Shown piece after piece: positions 17,898 to 26,525 of a stretch of DNA of 64,000 bases. Where the stretch lies: positions 3,662 through 67,661 of the forward strand of contig CALUGI010000010.1 in NCBI GenBank assembly GCA_944320135.1, written 5' to 3'. Numbering within the stretch: position 1 is the stretch's first letter; every line of letters starts with the position of its first letter. The translations under genes and the position numbers were made by a program. The notes under the pieces were generated by a model. The model did no database searches. It was not told the origin of the DNA and saw only the letters and a program-made list of their open reading frames with translations. Source of the DNA: an uncultured Phocaeicola sp. Lineage in GTDB: Bacteria > Bacteroidota > Bacteroidia > Bacteroidales > Bacteroidaceae.

Positions 17898-19819
17898 GTT
17901 CTTCCTAATTTACGGGCCCGCTCTTTGTTGCGGTCCTTGATTTTTTTGGCTTCTTCGGGTTTTTGTTTCTTTATCTCGTCCAGCTTCTGCTTGTCGAGCG
18001 GGATAGCACGGATATCCCACGTTTCTTCAAATTCAAAGTTAGCTTTCATTTCCCACACTTTCGGGAAATAGAACACTTCTTCCGGCTGGCGTTTTTCTTC
18101 GTAGCTGCCCGTGTCCCATATCCCGTTGTTGTTGTCATCGTTAAACAAGCGGATGTAATACTTCGTGCCGGGCTGCAAGAAGTAGAAGTCACAGGTGCTT
18201 TTGTCGCTCACCGGCTGCTGGCGTACCACGGCATCGCTGCTGTTCAGCAACTGAACGATGGCATGAGGTCCTGCCCCCACGATGTTCAGATAAAGAGTTC
18301 CGTACTCTTCCAGCGTCTTTACCTTCAGCTTGTTCTCCACCTTGTTGGTGTAAAGCCCGTAAATCCCTTTTATAGCCAACGAATCAATACGGAGTTGGTA
18401 CTCTAACCCCGGCTGCCAATTGGCCAATATCTGGTACTGACGGTGCGCCATGCTGTCGGCCATAAAGATAAACGGAATGTCCTGCCACACAGAGTCAACC
18501 ATCATAGCCACGTGTATAGCCGACGTATCGATGCTCTCTACAGGTTCTTCAAACTTAATCGTGATGTTCTTGTTGATATCCAGGCTGGAAGGAGCGTCTA
18601 CCGTCATAGCAAAAAACTTCGGTTCCGCCTTGACGGTATCCCCGCGCTTCTCCCGTCTTTTGCGTTCTTTTTCTTCTTTCTTGCGCGCGTCTTCGGCCAT
18701 TGCCATACGGCGCTCCTTGTTGATTTTGTTCATCATCCGCAAGGTATCCGTTCTTGGGACGAGCTGTCCCAGCGTATCCGTGGCAAGATAGTCCATCTGG
18801 AAGGTCAGCGTGTCGCGTTCGCACAGAAGCGTGTCCTTTATCCAATAGCGAATCGTGTCGTGGCGCGCGTTGCTTTCGATAACGAATGCGTTCCTTTCAT
18901 CGAAATCAAGTCCCTTGATAGAGGGAAGCGTGTCGGCCTTCGCACTGAAATAGAGCGAGAAACGGTTCAACTGCTCGCGTTCGCTTTTCATCAGATACTG
19001 CATGGGGTTCTCTTCCTTGAACGAGCGGAGAATGATGTCATCCGGCATGAAGCGGGTGTAATGCACATCATAAATCGTATCGTATGCCAGCGTGTCGATT
19101 TCATTCCACACCGTATCCTGGCGCACCGCCGGAGCCATGCTCGGAACAATCAGCGAGTCTTGCCATGCCACGGCCTCCGTCTTGGAATCGAACAGGTAGT
19201 TCTGGTTTCCGTCCATAAGGGCATAAATGCGGTATTTCCCCGGAGCGATGCCGCGAACGGTAAAGTGTCCCCGGCTGTCCGTGCGCGAAATGCGGACGAA
19301 CGGGAGCTTCGTGAATGCAGAATCGTGCAAGTCTTTGTGAAGCCCTACCTGAATGCCTTTTACCGGCTCCAGGTCTTGCGCATTGAGCACGATGCCCGAC
19401 ACTTCCATCGTGTCGATGCTCTCCCCGGTAGAAAAGGCGTATGCAAAATTTCCCAGCGGATTGTCTTCATTATTGTCCACGATAGCGTCGCCGAAATCTA
19501 TCGTATAAGTGGTGTTCTCCTGAAGCGTGTCGAAAAACTCCACCAGCACCCTGCGCCCGCTCACCTTCACCTCCGGAGCTTCCTTTTGCGGGGGCGAGAT
19601 AATCACCTTCTCCGAAGGTTTGTCGAGCTTGATGTATTCGTCGAACTCGATGGAGATTTTGCTGCGTTTGTTGTTCGTAGCGTTCGGCTCGGGCGTAGCG
19701 CGCACGAACTTCGGAGGGGTCTCGTCATACGGTCCCCCGTCAGGCATTCCGGTGCTGGCGCAGGCATAAAAGCCAATAACCACCAGCAGCAGGGCGATGT
19801 ATTTGGGTATCGGTTTCAT
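17894..19819 (-). CDS. Ig-like (SbsA/Big_5-type) domain lipoprotein with a Lys/Glu-rich C-terminal tail
   Basis: 641 aa with lipobox FYAC. The N-terminus GGPYDETPPKFVRATPEPNATNNKRSKISIEFDEYIKL is typical of Bacteroidetes Ig-like lipoproteins. The tail reads DKQKLDEIKKQKPEEAKKIKDRNKERARKLGRT. Confidence 0.6.
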   Translation of the reverse strand: MKPIPKYIALLLVVIGFYACASTGMPDGGPYDETPPKFVRATPEPNATNNKRSKISIEFDEYIKLDKPSEKVIISPPQKEAPEVKVSGRRVLVEFFDTLQENTTYTIDFGDAIVDNNEDNPLGNFAYAFSTGESIDTMEVSGIVLNAQDLEPVKGIQVGLHKDLHDSAFTKLPFVRISRTDSRGHFTVRGIAPGKYRIYALMDGNQNYLFDSKTEAVAWQDSLIVPSMAPAVRQDTVWNEIDTLAYDTIYDVHYTRFMPDDIILRSFKEENPMQYLMKSEREQLNRFSLYFSAKADTLPSIKGLDFDERNAFVIESNARHDTIRYWIKDTLLCERDTLTFQMDYLATDTLGQLVPRTDTLRMMNKINKERRMAMAEDARKKEEKERKRREKRGDTVKAEPKFFAMTVDAPSSLDINKNITIKFEEPVESIDTSAIHVAMMVDSVWQDIPFIFMADSMAHRQYQILANWQPGLEYQLRIDSLAIKGIYGLYTNKVENKLKVKTLEEYGTLYLNIVGAGPHAIVQLLNSSDAVVRQQPVSDKSTCDFYFLQPGTKYYIRLFNDDNNNGIWDTGSYEEKRQPEEVFYFPKVWEMKANFEFEETWDIRAIPLDKQKLDEIKKQKPEEAKKIKDRNKERARKLGRT

Positions 19820-19822
19820 ATA

Positions 19823-21328
19823 TTATCGGTTCAGTTGCAGAATTTCGTCAATGTAGTCGCGGTTGTTGCTCAAGCGGGGCACCTTGTGCTGCCCTCCCAA
19901 TTTGCCTTTCTGCTTCAGCCAGTCGTGGAACAGGCCGGGACGCGCCACGACGATTTCCAGCTCCTGCAAAGTGATGTCCTTGTGGCGTTTTGCCTCATAG
20001 TCGGAATTGATTTCTTGGAGTGACTTGTCGAGTATGCTCCGGAACTTCTCCAACGAGTCGGGCGTCACGCTGAACTCTATCAGCCACTGGTGGCGGCATT
20101 TGGCGTTCGCGTCCATGAATACGGGAGCGGCAGTGTATTCGAGCACCTGCGCGCCGGTTTCCTCACAGGCCCGCGCCAGTCCTTTCTCCGCATTGTCCAC
20201 CATCAGTTCTTCGCCGAACGCATTGATAAAGTGCTTGGTGCGCCCGGAGATGATAAACTTGTAAGGATTTTTTTGAGTGAACTTCACCGTATCGCCCAAG
20301 ATATACCGCCACAATCCGCACGAAGTGCTGATGACGATTGCATAGTTGCGCCCCACTTCCACACCTGCGAGCGGCACGACGTGCGGGTTCGGGCTGTCTA
20401 TTTCTTCGAGCGGGATGAACTCGTAGAACACGTCATAGTCAATCATCAGCAGCATGGCCGGGTCTTTCAGGTCGCTCTGAAGCCCGAAAAAGCCTTCGCT
20501 GGCGTTGTAGGTTTCCATATAGTGCATCTTGTCGGTCGGAATGAGCCGCTTGTACTGCTCGCGATAAGGAGTGAAGCACACCCCTCCGTGGAAGAACACT
20601 TCCAGATTGGGCCACACTTCGTTCAGATGGGCGGCGCCGGTCTTCTCCAGAATGCGCTTGATGACGGCCAGCATCCACGAAGGCACTCCGGAGAGATTGG
20701 TCACATTCTCATGAATGGTGGTCTCGGCGATGCGCTCCACCTTCTCTTCAAACTCGCTGAGCAGGGCGATTTCCTTGCTCGGCACGCGGATGAAGTTGAC
20801 CAGCGGGTTGATGTTCTGAATCAGGATGGCCGACAAGTCGCCCACCAAGCTGTCTTTCACATTGTAGTTGGGGCTGTGGCTTCCCCCCAGGATAAGCCCC
20901 TTGCCAGAAAAGAAGCGGCTTTCGGGATTCTCCAGCAGGTAGAGCGCCACTGCGTCCACCCCGCCCTTGTAATGGATTCCGCGAAGCCCGTCCTGGCTGA
21001 CAGGGATAAACTTGCTTTTGTCGTTGGTTGTCCCCGACGATTTCGCATACCATATCACTTTTCCCGGCCAGAGCACGTCTTCCTCCCCGTGGCGCATCCG
21101 GTCTACGTACCCCTTCACTTCTTCGTATGTCTGCACAGGCACGCGCCGGAAGTCCTCATAGTTCCGTATATGCGCGTAATCATATTTCCGGCCCCATTCC
21201 GTATGAGCGGCATTCTGTATCATTTTTTGGAACACCCGGCTTTGAATTTCTTCCGCTTCAGAGGCATACTTTTCGATAGCCTTCTGCCGCAAACCGAATA
21301 TTTTCCCTATCACTTTCGTTGCATTCAT
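19823..21328 (-). CDS. GH3 auxin-responsive-promoter family protein (acyl-adenylate-forming enzyme superfamily)
   Basis: Start set to the ATG giving MNATKVIGKIF; the ORF track's alternative start is at 21400. Motifs include HTEWGRKYDY..I.NYEDFRRVPVQTYE and YAKSSGTTNDKSKFIPVS. Confidence 0.8.
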   Translation of the reverse strand: MNATKVIGKIFGLRQKAIEKYASEAEEIQSRVFQKMIQNAAHTEWGRKYDYAHIRNYEDFRRVPVQTYEEVKGYVDRMRHGEEDVLWPGKVIWYAKSSGTTNDKSKFIPVSQDGLRGIHYKGGVDAVALYLLENPESRFFSGKGLILGGSHSPNYNVKDSLVGDLSAILIQNINPLVNFIRVPSKEIALLSEFEEKVERIAETTIHENVTNLSGVPSWMLAVIKRILEKTGAAHLNEVWPNLEVFFHGGVCFTPYREQYKRLIPTDKMHYMETYNASEGFFGLQSDLKDPAMLLMIDYDVFYEFIPLEEIDSPNPHVVPLAGVEVGRNYAIVISTSCGLWRYILGDTVKFTQKNPYKFIISGRTKHFINAFGEELMVDNAEKGLARACEETGAQVLEYTAAPVFMDANAKCRHQWLIEFSVTPDSLEKFRSILDKSLQEINSDYEAKRHKDITLQELEIVVARPGLFHDWLKQKGKLGGQHKVPRLSNNRDYIDEILQLNR

Positions 21329-21526
21329 CTGATGTTCTGTTTCAAAACGCTCTGTCGGCAAAGGTAGTTTTTTCTTTTCAATTTTCCGTATGGCGTACAC
21401 TATTTTTTGATGTCCCCGATTTCCCTACTTCAGTCCCGGACGCGCCAAAACTTTGCCGCCCGCCTTTCCGAAACGAGCGGTCGGGTTCTGCAAGACGAAC
21501 GCCCGTCTTTCGGCAGATGAGCGCTC

Positions 21527-21559
21527 GCCTTTTGCCGCGAAAAGGCACGTTTTTATTTT
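21527..21559 (+). terminator. Terminator-like hairpin plus T-run directly upstream of pfkA, with no plus-strand gene before it
   Basis: gcctttt (21527-21533) pairs with aaaaggc (21540-21546), followed by acgtttttatttt. A second hairpin (aagacg/cgtctt) lies at 21492-21509. Confidence 0.45.
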
Positions 21560-21614
21560 CTCCTTTGGACGAGTTTTCTTACCTTTACGTCACAAAATAA
21601 AAATGCGATAGACG

Positions 21615-22628
21615 ATGAAAGTAGGAATCTTGACTTCAGGAGGCGACTGTCCAGGCATCAACGCCACGATTCGCGGAGTGTGCAAGGCGGCCATCAACCA
21701 TTACGGAATGGAAGTGTACGGCATCCGGAACGGCTTCCGGGGCTTGCTCGACAACGACATTGTACGGTTAGAGAACAGCTCGCTCACGGGACTGCTGAAC
21801 TTGGGAGGAACCATCTTGGGAACTTCCCGCGTGAAGCCTTTCAAGCGGAAAGGGAACAGCGCCTTTTCCGAAGACAAGCCGACAGTCCTGCTGCAGACCA
21901 TCCGGGAAAACAAGCTCGACTGCATCGTGTGCATCGGGGGGAACGGCACCCAGAAAACGGCGGCAAAACTGGCCGAAATGGGCGTAAACGTGATAGGCAT
22001 ACCGAAAACCATCGACAACGACGTGTGGGGCACGGACGTGTCTTTCGGGTTCGACTCGGCCGTGTCTATCGCCACCGATGCAATAGACCGCCTGCACTCC
22101 ACGGCGAGCTCCCACCAGCGCGTGATGGTCATCGAAGTGATGGGGCACAAGGCGGGATGGATTGCCCTCTATTCGGGCATGGCCGGAGGCGGAGACATCA
22201 TCCTGCTGCCGGAAATTCCGTATGACATCCACCGCATAGGCGACGCAATCATCGAACGCCTGAAGCAGGGAAAGCCTTATTCAATCGTAGTGGTAGCGGA
22301 AGGAATACAAACATTGGGCGGGAAAAAGGCCGCACAATATATCGCTGAAGAGATAGAATATGAAACGGGGTTCGAAACCCGCGAAACAGTGCTCGGCTAC
22401 ATCCAGCGCGGAGGAAGCCCCACTGCATACGACCGCAACTTAGCAACCCGCATGGGCGGGCATACCGTCGACCTGATAGCGCAAGGAAAGTTCGGACGGA
22501 TGGTGGCCCTTCATGGAAACAGCATTGACTCGATAGCGCTGAGCGATACGGCCGGGAAACTGAAGATAGTGACGGAAAATCATGACCTTATCGTACAAGG
22601 ACGCCACATGGGAATCTGTTTCGGATAA
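21615..22628 (+). CDS. pfkA: ATP-dependent 6-phosphofructokinase
   Basis: 337 aa with MKVGILTSGGDCPGINATIRGV, GIPKTIDND and MGHKAGW motifs. Confidence 0.95.
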   Translation: MKVGILTSGGDCPGINATIRGVCKAAINHYGMEVYGIRNGFRGLLDNDIVRLENSSLTGLLNLGGTILGTSRVKPFKRKGNSAFSEDKPTVLLQTIRENKLDCIVCIGGNGTQKTAAKLAEMGVNVIGIPKTIDNDVWGTDVSFGFDSAVSIATDAIDRLHSTASSHQRVMVIEVMGHKAGWIALYSGMAGGGDIILLPEIPYDIHRIGDAIIERLKQGKPYSIVVVAEGIQTLGGKKAAQYIAEEIEYETGFETRETVLGYIQRGGSPTAYDRNLATRMGGHTVDLIAQGKFGRMVALHGNSIDSIALSDTAGKLKIVTENHDLIVQGRHMGICFG

Positions 22629-22672
22629 CGAATGCCTCTCCCAAAGAAGGGCAGTCCTACGCATACGGGCAT

Positions 22673-22737
22673 AAAAAAAGGAGTACCGCTGTACTCCAAC
22701 CTTTGTTAACCTTAAAATCTAATACTATGAAAAACAC
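22673..22737 (-). ncRNA. Candidate small RNA of about 60-65 nt, bounded by a consensus promoter and an intrinsic terminator
   Basis: On the minus strand, the -7 box is followed by caacgtgtttttcatagtattagattttaaggttaacaaaggtt. Next comes the hairpin ggagtac-agcg-gtactcc (22697-22680) and then U7 (22679-22673). No ORF of meaningful length lies in this span. Confidence 0.35.
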
Positions 22738-22741
22738 GTTG

Positions 22742-22772
22742 CAAAGATACGGACTTTCCGGTTATCTGCAAA
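22742..22772 (-). promoter_or_regulatory. Consensus Bacteroides promoter (TTTG-N19-TATCTTTG) on the minus strand
   Basis: On the minus strand, TTTG lies at 22772-22769, followed by a 19-nt spacer and TATCTTTG at 22749-22742. Both elements match the consensus perfectly. Confidence 0.55.
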
Positions 22773-23082
22773 CAATCGGGCCTCAAAAATATGTTTTATA
22801 GCATGAATTAACAATCAACATCCGTCCGTTAATGGATTTTCAGGAAAGCGGCAAAAAATGTAACAGCCAAGTTACCCGTTCTTCACCGCTTTGTCATACG
22901 AAACGGCGAAATTTGAAGCATTCATAAAAGCTGATTGACTATGGAATGCAATTCAAATGAAAAATGGAAGGCATGGGGAGTGACCGCACTCATGGTCATA
23001 TTGTCATGCAGCTTCCTGTTTTTCTTGGGATACCGTCTCTGCACATACGGCGAATGGTAAAAGGCAAGAAAAAAGCCGGCGC

Positions 23083-23127
23083 AAAAAAACAAAAAGCCCG
23101 CCGTCTCGCACATTGCGGACGGCGGGC
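23083..23127 (-). terminator. Intrinsic terminator of the GH51 gene
   Basis: gcccgccgtc (23096-23105) pairs with gacggcgggc (23118-23127). On the minus strand this is followed by ctttttgttttttt. Confidence 0.8.
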
Positions 23128-23151
23128 CTTCGCTTCAAGCCTCGGCGCGAA

Positions 23152-25131
23152 TTATTTTTTCGCCTTCACGAATTTATATACGGCAAAGGTCATCGGGCCT
23201 ATTTCTGCATCCAGCGTGTTCCCTTCAATGGCCACGGGCATTTCTTCCGGCACAATCCGGTTCGGGTCGTCCAACGTGTTTTCCGCGTCCGGATTGCCGC
23301 AATGGAGCGTAAGGCACTTCCCGTCAGTCAGTTGGAACGACCGCTTCATCCCGGCAAATTCCAGACAGATTTTCTGCACTTCGTCCGACGTATTGACCAC
23401 CTTGACGATATAAGTTTGCCCGTTCTCGTCCCATACCGCACTGGCAAACAGTCCGTTCTGCCCCTTCTGTCCGCTCACCGGCTTCTTGTCCATCGTCAGA
23501 GGAACCACATTCGTGCCCCGGTTATGTCCGTAAATGGCCTGCACATGCCAGCTGCTGGTGCGAACCGAGCGAAGGTTGTCGAACCATATCAGGTCAGGCC
23601 GCCACTGCCATCCCTCCACATGGGCCAGCAACGGGGCGTATGTGGCCATGTACACCACATCCGCGTTGCGCTCCACACCCGTCAGGAAAGCGGCCTCTAA
23701 CAATGCGGCGTGGAAATGATTCCATTTCTTGCCCCTTCCGTGGCAAGCATACTCCCCGGCAAACACCTTCGGCCCTTTGCGGTCGTAATTGTCGTAACGG
23801 CTTCCCGACTTCAGGAACCAGTCTTCCGGACGGTAGAAGTGCTCGTCCACCAAATCCACCTTCAGCCTTTTCATCTCCGGCCACAGATAATCAAAATCCT
23901 TCCCTTCCGAGTTCGGTCCCGACGAACCGATAATCTTGATGTCGGGGTACGCCTTTCGGATAGCCTCAACGAACGGTTCCAGACGTTCCGGATACTCTGG
24001 CCCCCATTGCTCGTTGCCTACCCCGATAAACTTCAGCCCGAAAGGAGCCGGATGCCCCATGTCGGCACGGAGCTTGCCCCACTCCGTATCGGTCCCTCCG
24101 TTGGCGAACTCTATCAAATCAAGCGCATCCTGAATGTAGCTTCCCAAGTCTTCCACCTTGACATGCGCGTCGGGCGAATCATTCTGGTACTGGCAGGCAA
24201 GGCCGCAGTTGACCACAGGAAGCGGTTCCGCTCCCAAATCTTCTGCAAGTTGGAAGAGTTCAAAGAATCCCATGCCGTATGTCTGGAAATAATCCGGGTA
24301 GAAACGATGCGGAAACGTATAGTGCCAGCGGTTAGAGTTCACGGGCCTGTTCTCTACAGGCCCCACCGAATGTTTCCATTGATAACGGTCTTCAATATCC
24401 GTCCCCTCCACGATACATCCTCCTGGGAAGCGGAAAACGCCCGGCTTCGTATCGTAAAGCGCTTGAACCAAGTCCTTGCGCAAACCGTTCTCGCGGTTCT
24501 TCCACGTGTTGACCGGGAACAACGAGACATGTTCCAGGTCGACAATTCCGGATGAAGCGAGGAAAATGCGGAGATGAGCCTTGGCGAAAGTTTCTTTCGG
24601 TGTCAGAACCATCTCATATTTCTTCCATTCTTTGGAATCGACAGGCAGGTCTTGAGCTGCAATCACCTGGGTTTCTCCCATAGAGGCGTTGTCAATCAGT
24701 TCTACTCTGAGCTTCTGGTTTTCGCCGCGCGCCCAGACAGAGAACCGATACCCCTCGCCCGCTTTGAGTCCGATGCCGAAAAATCCTTCGTTCTCTATCC
24801 CCGTTCGCTTATGCTTATGGTCAGGAGCGGCCAAACGCACGTAGTGCGGATTGCGTTCGAACGGTCCGTCGTCCCGAAGAGTGACGTTGCCGAAGATGTC
24901 CCATCCCATCAGGTTTTGCGGAAACTCGAACGAACGGTTTTTGACCAGTTCGGCATACAGCCCTCCGTCCGCGCCGAAATTGATGTCTTCGAAGAAGTGT
25001 CCATACATGGTGGGCTGGATTTCCGCACCAATCTTGTCCGTTTGCACCGTCAGCCGACTGACGTTTTGAGCATTCACGCTCAGACCGGCAGCAACGGCCA
25101 ACGCCGACAAAAAAGCAAAGTGTTTGTTCAT
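23152..25131 (-). CDS. GH51 alpha-L-arabinofuranosidase
   Basis: Start set to the ATG giving MNKHFAFLSALAVAAGLSVNAQ (signal peptide). Motifs include YGHFFEDINFGADGGLYAELVKNRSFEF, FRFPGGC and the catalytic-type IGVGNEQWG. Confidence 0.85.
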   Translation of the reverse strand: MNKHFAFLSALAVAAGLSVNAQNVSRLTVQTDKIGAEIQPTMYGHFFEDINFGADGGLYAELVKNRSFEFPQNLMGWDIFGNVTLRDDGPFERNPHYVRLAAPDHKHKRTGIENEGFFGIGLKAGEGYRFSVWARGENQKLRVELIDNASMGETQVIAAQDLPVDSKEWKKYEMVLTPKETFAKAHLRIFLASSGIVDLEHVSLFPVNTWKNRENGLRKDLVQALYDTKPGVFRFPGGCIVEGTDIEDRYQWKHSVGPVENRPVNSNRWHYTFPHRFYPDYFQTYGMGFFELFQLAEDLGAEPLPVVNCGLACQYQNDSPDAHVKVEDLGSYIQDALDLIEFANGGTDTEWGKLRADMGHPAPFGLKFIGVGNEQWGPEYPERLEPFVEAIRKAYPDIKIIGSSGPNSEGKDFDYLWPEMKRLKVDLVDEHFYRPEDWFLKSGSRYDNYDRKGPKVFAGEYACHGRGKKWNHFHAALLEAAFLTGVERNADVVYMATYAPLLAHVEGWQWRPDLIWFDNLRSVRTSSWHVQAIYGHNRGTNVVPLTMDKKPVSGQKGQNGLFASAVWDENGQTYIVKVVNTSDEVQKICLEFAGMKRSFQLTDGKCLTLHCGNPDAENTLDDPNRIVPEEMPVAIEGNTLDAEIGPMTFAVYKFVKAKK

Positions 25132-25169
25132 GGCAATGTAGGTTAAGTTGTTAATGAAAATGTCATCGG

Positions 25170-25177
25170 CAAATATA
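25170..25177 (-). promoter_or_regulatory. -7 promoter box for the GH51 gene
   Basis: The minus strand reads TATATTTG, a perfect TAnnTTTG, about 40 nt upstream of ATG 25131. Confidence 0.5.
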
Positions 25178-25238
25178 GGCATTTACGGTGTAAACACTAC
25201 ACTATTTCCAACGCTTTTTCAAACTATTCCCGAATATT

Positions 25239-26498
25239 TCAGAATTTTGACATCGGATAAATGCCTTTTGCATAGTGGACTACATCCGGAATATCCCTCA
25301 CCAACTGAGGCGTTTCCCCGCTGCAATCGTAAACCAGCAAGCGCGATTCCGGAACAACGCCTTCCATTCTTGTGTCGGATGTCGCCACATAAAGATAGCC
25401 GGCGTTCGGGTCTGCTACGGGACAGCAGTCCAGATATACGGCAGACGGCTCATCGGTTTTGATGTCGATGACCTCTTTTTCCACTCTCCCCATGGCAAGC
25501 GAATAACGGCTGACGGCAGTATTCAAGGTTGAGGTGAACGTTGTTTCTTCCGCCCCCGTGAAGTAAATGTATCCGCCGAGGTACGTTATCCCGGATGTAT
25601 CGCCAGAACCGGCAGAGATGTTGGCCGGGATGTTTTTCTGTTCTTTTACAGACCAGTTTTCTAAGTCAATGAAGTAAAGATAACCCGTATCCTTCCCTCT
25701 GGTGTATGTACCTACGACCAGTGTTCCGTCATCCGTAAGACACATTCCGCTTATCTGGTCCCCTTTCCCCAGTTCAAGCCGACGGTTCACTTCATCTTTC
25801 CCTTTTGCAAATTCAAGGAGTGCGGTTGAAGACCAGAAACCTCCGGCAGCGGCATACAGACAATCGCCTGCGGTGAGCATGCCTCTCGGAGAGACTGTCG
25901 ATTCCACGGTGTTGGCCGATCCCTTATTGCCTATTTCGTATGCTCCCTCCATGAGGTTCAGTTCTCCGGTAGTGCTGTCAAAGCGGAGCACCCCCTGCGC
26001 TATGATGAATATGTTGCGTTCGTCCAATGCGGCGATGCCTTTCATGCTTTCGTCCACTTCTTCCTGCACATCGTTTATCGGATGGGCGAACTTCATATCT
26101 TCCCTTCTGAACGATTTCTCTTTCTGCAGAGTTTCCGCATTCGCTATGACCAGAAGTCCGTCATTGTTTTCTTTGCCTTCGACCTTTCGCCAGTCATTAC
26201 ACAGAATATATAGTTTCCCGTCGCGCATATAAAGACCTACACCGTCATTCCCCAGTTCCGTTCCGTTTGCGTTTCTGTAAGCGTCTGCCTCTATCGTCCC
26301 GTCAGGAGCAAGATAGGAGAGGAAGGCATTTTCAAGCGTATAGGTTCCTTGGTTGAGTATCAGTATTCCGTTCGGGTCAGCATAACCGCTGAGGGAAGTT
26401 TCCGGAACGCTGCTTCCAGAACCGGAGTTTTCCACGTTTTCATCGTTGCAGGCAACAAGCAACGCACAAGTCAAGAATAAGACGTATATCTTTTTCAT
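25239..26498 (-). CDS. Surface lipoprotein, YncE/DUF5074-like beta-propeller; third lipoprotein of the B12 operon
   Basis: 419 aa with lipobox LLVAC. It shares the GILILNQGT motif (FVLNEGN / FLLNEGN in the two upstream paralogs) and repeated propeller-like blade patterns. It lies 27 nt downstream of the preceding gene. Confidence 0.6.
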   Translation of the reverse strand: MKKIYVLFLTCALLVACNDENVENSGSGSSVPETSLSGYADPNGILILNQGTYTLENAFLSYLAPDGTIEADAYRNANGTELGNDGVGLYMRDGKLYILCNDWRKVEGKENNDGLLVIANAETLQKEKSFRREDMKFAHPINDVQEEVDESMKGIAALDERNIFIIAQGVLRFDSTTGELNLMEGAYEIGNKGSANTVESTVSPRGMLTAGDCLYAAAGGFWSSTALLEFAKGKDEVNRRLELGKGDQISGMCLTDDGTLVVGTYTRGKDTGYLYFIDLENWSVKEQKNIPANISAGSGDTSGITYLGGYIYFTGAEETTFTSTLNTAVSRYSLAMGRVEKEVIDIKTDEPSAVYLDCCPVADPNAGYLYVATSDTRMEGVVPESRLLVYDCSGETPQLVRDIPDVVHYAKGIYPMSKF

Positions 26499-26525
26499 AA
26501 GTCAAGAGATGTATTAGTTATATTG

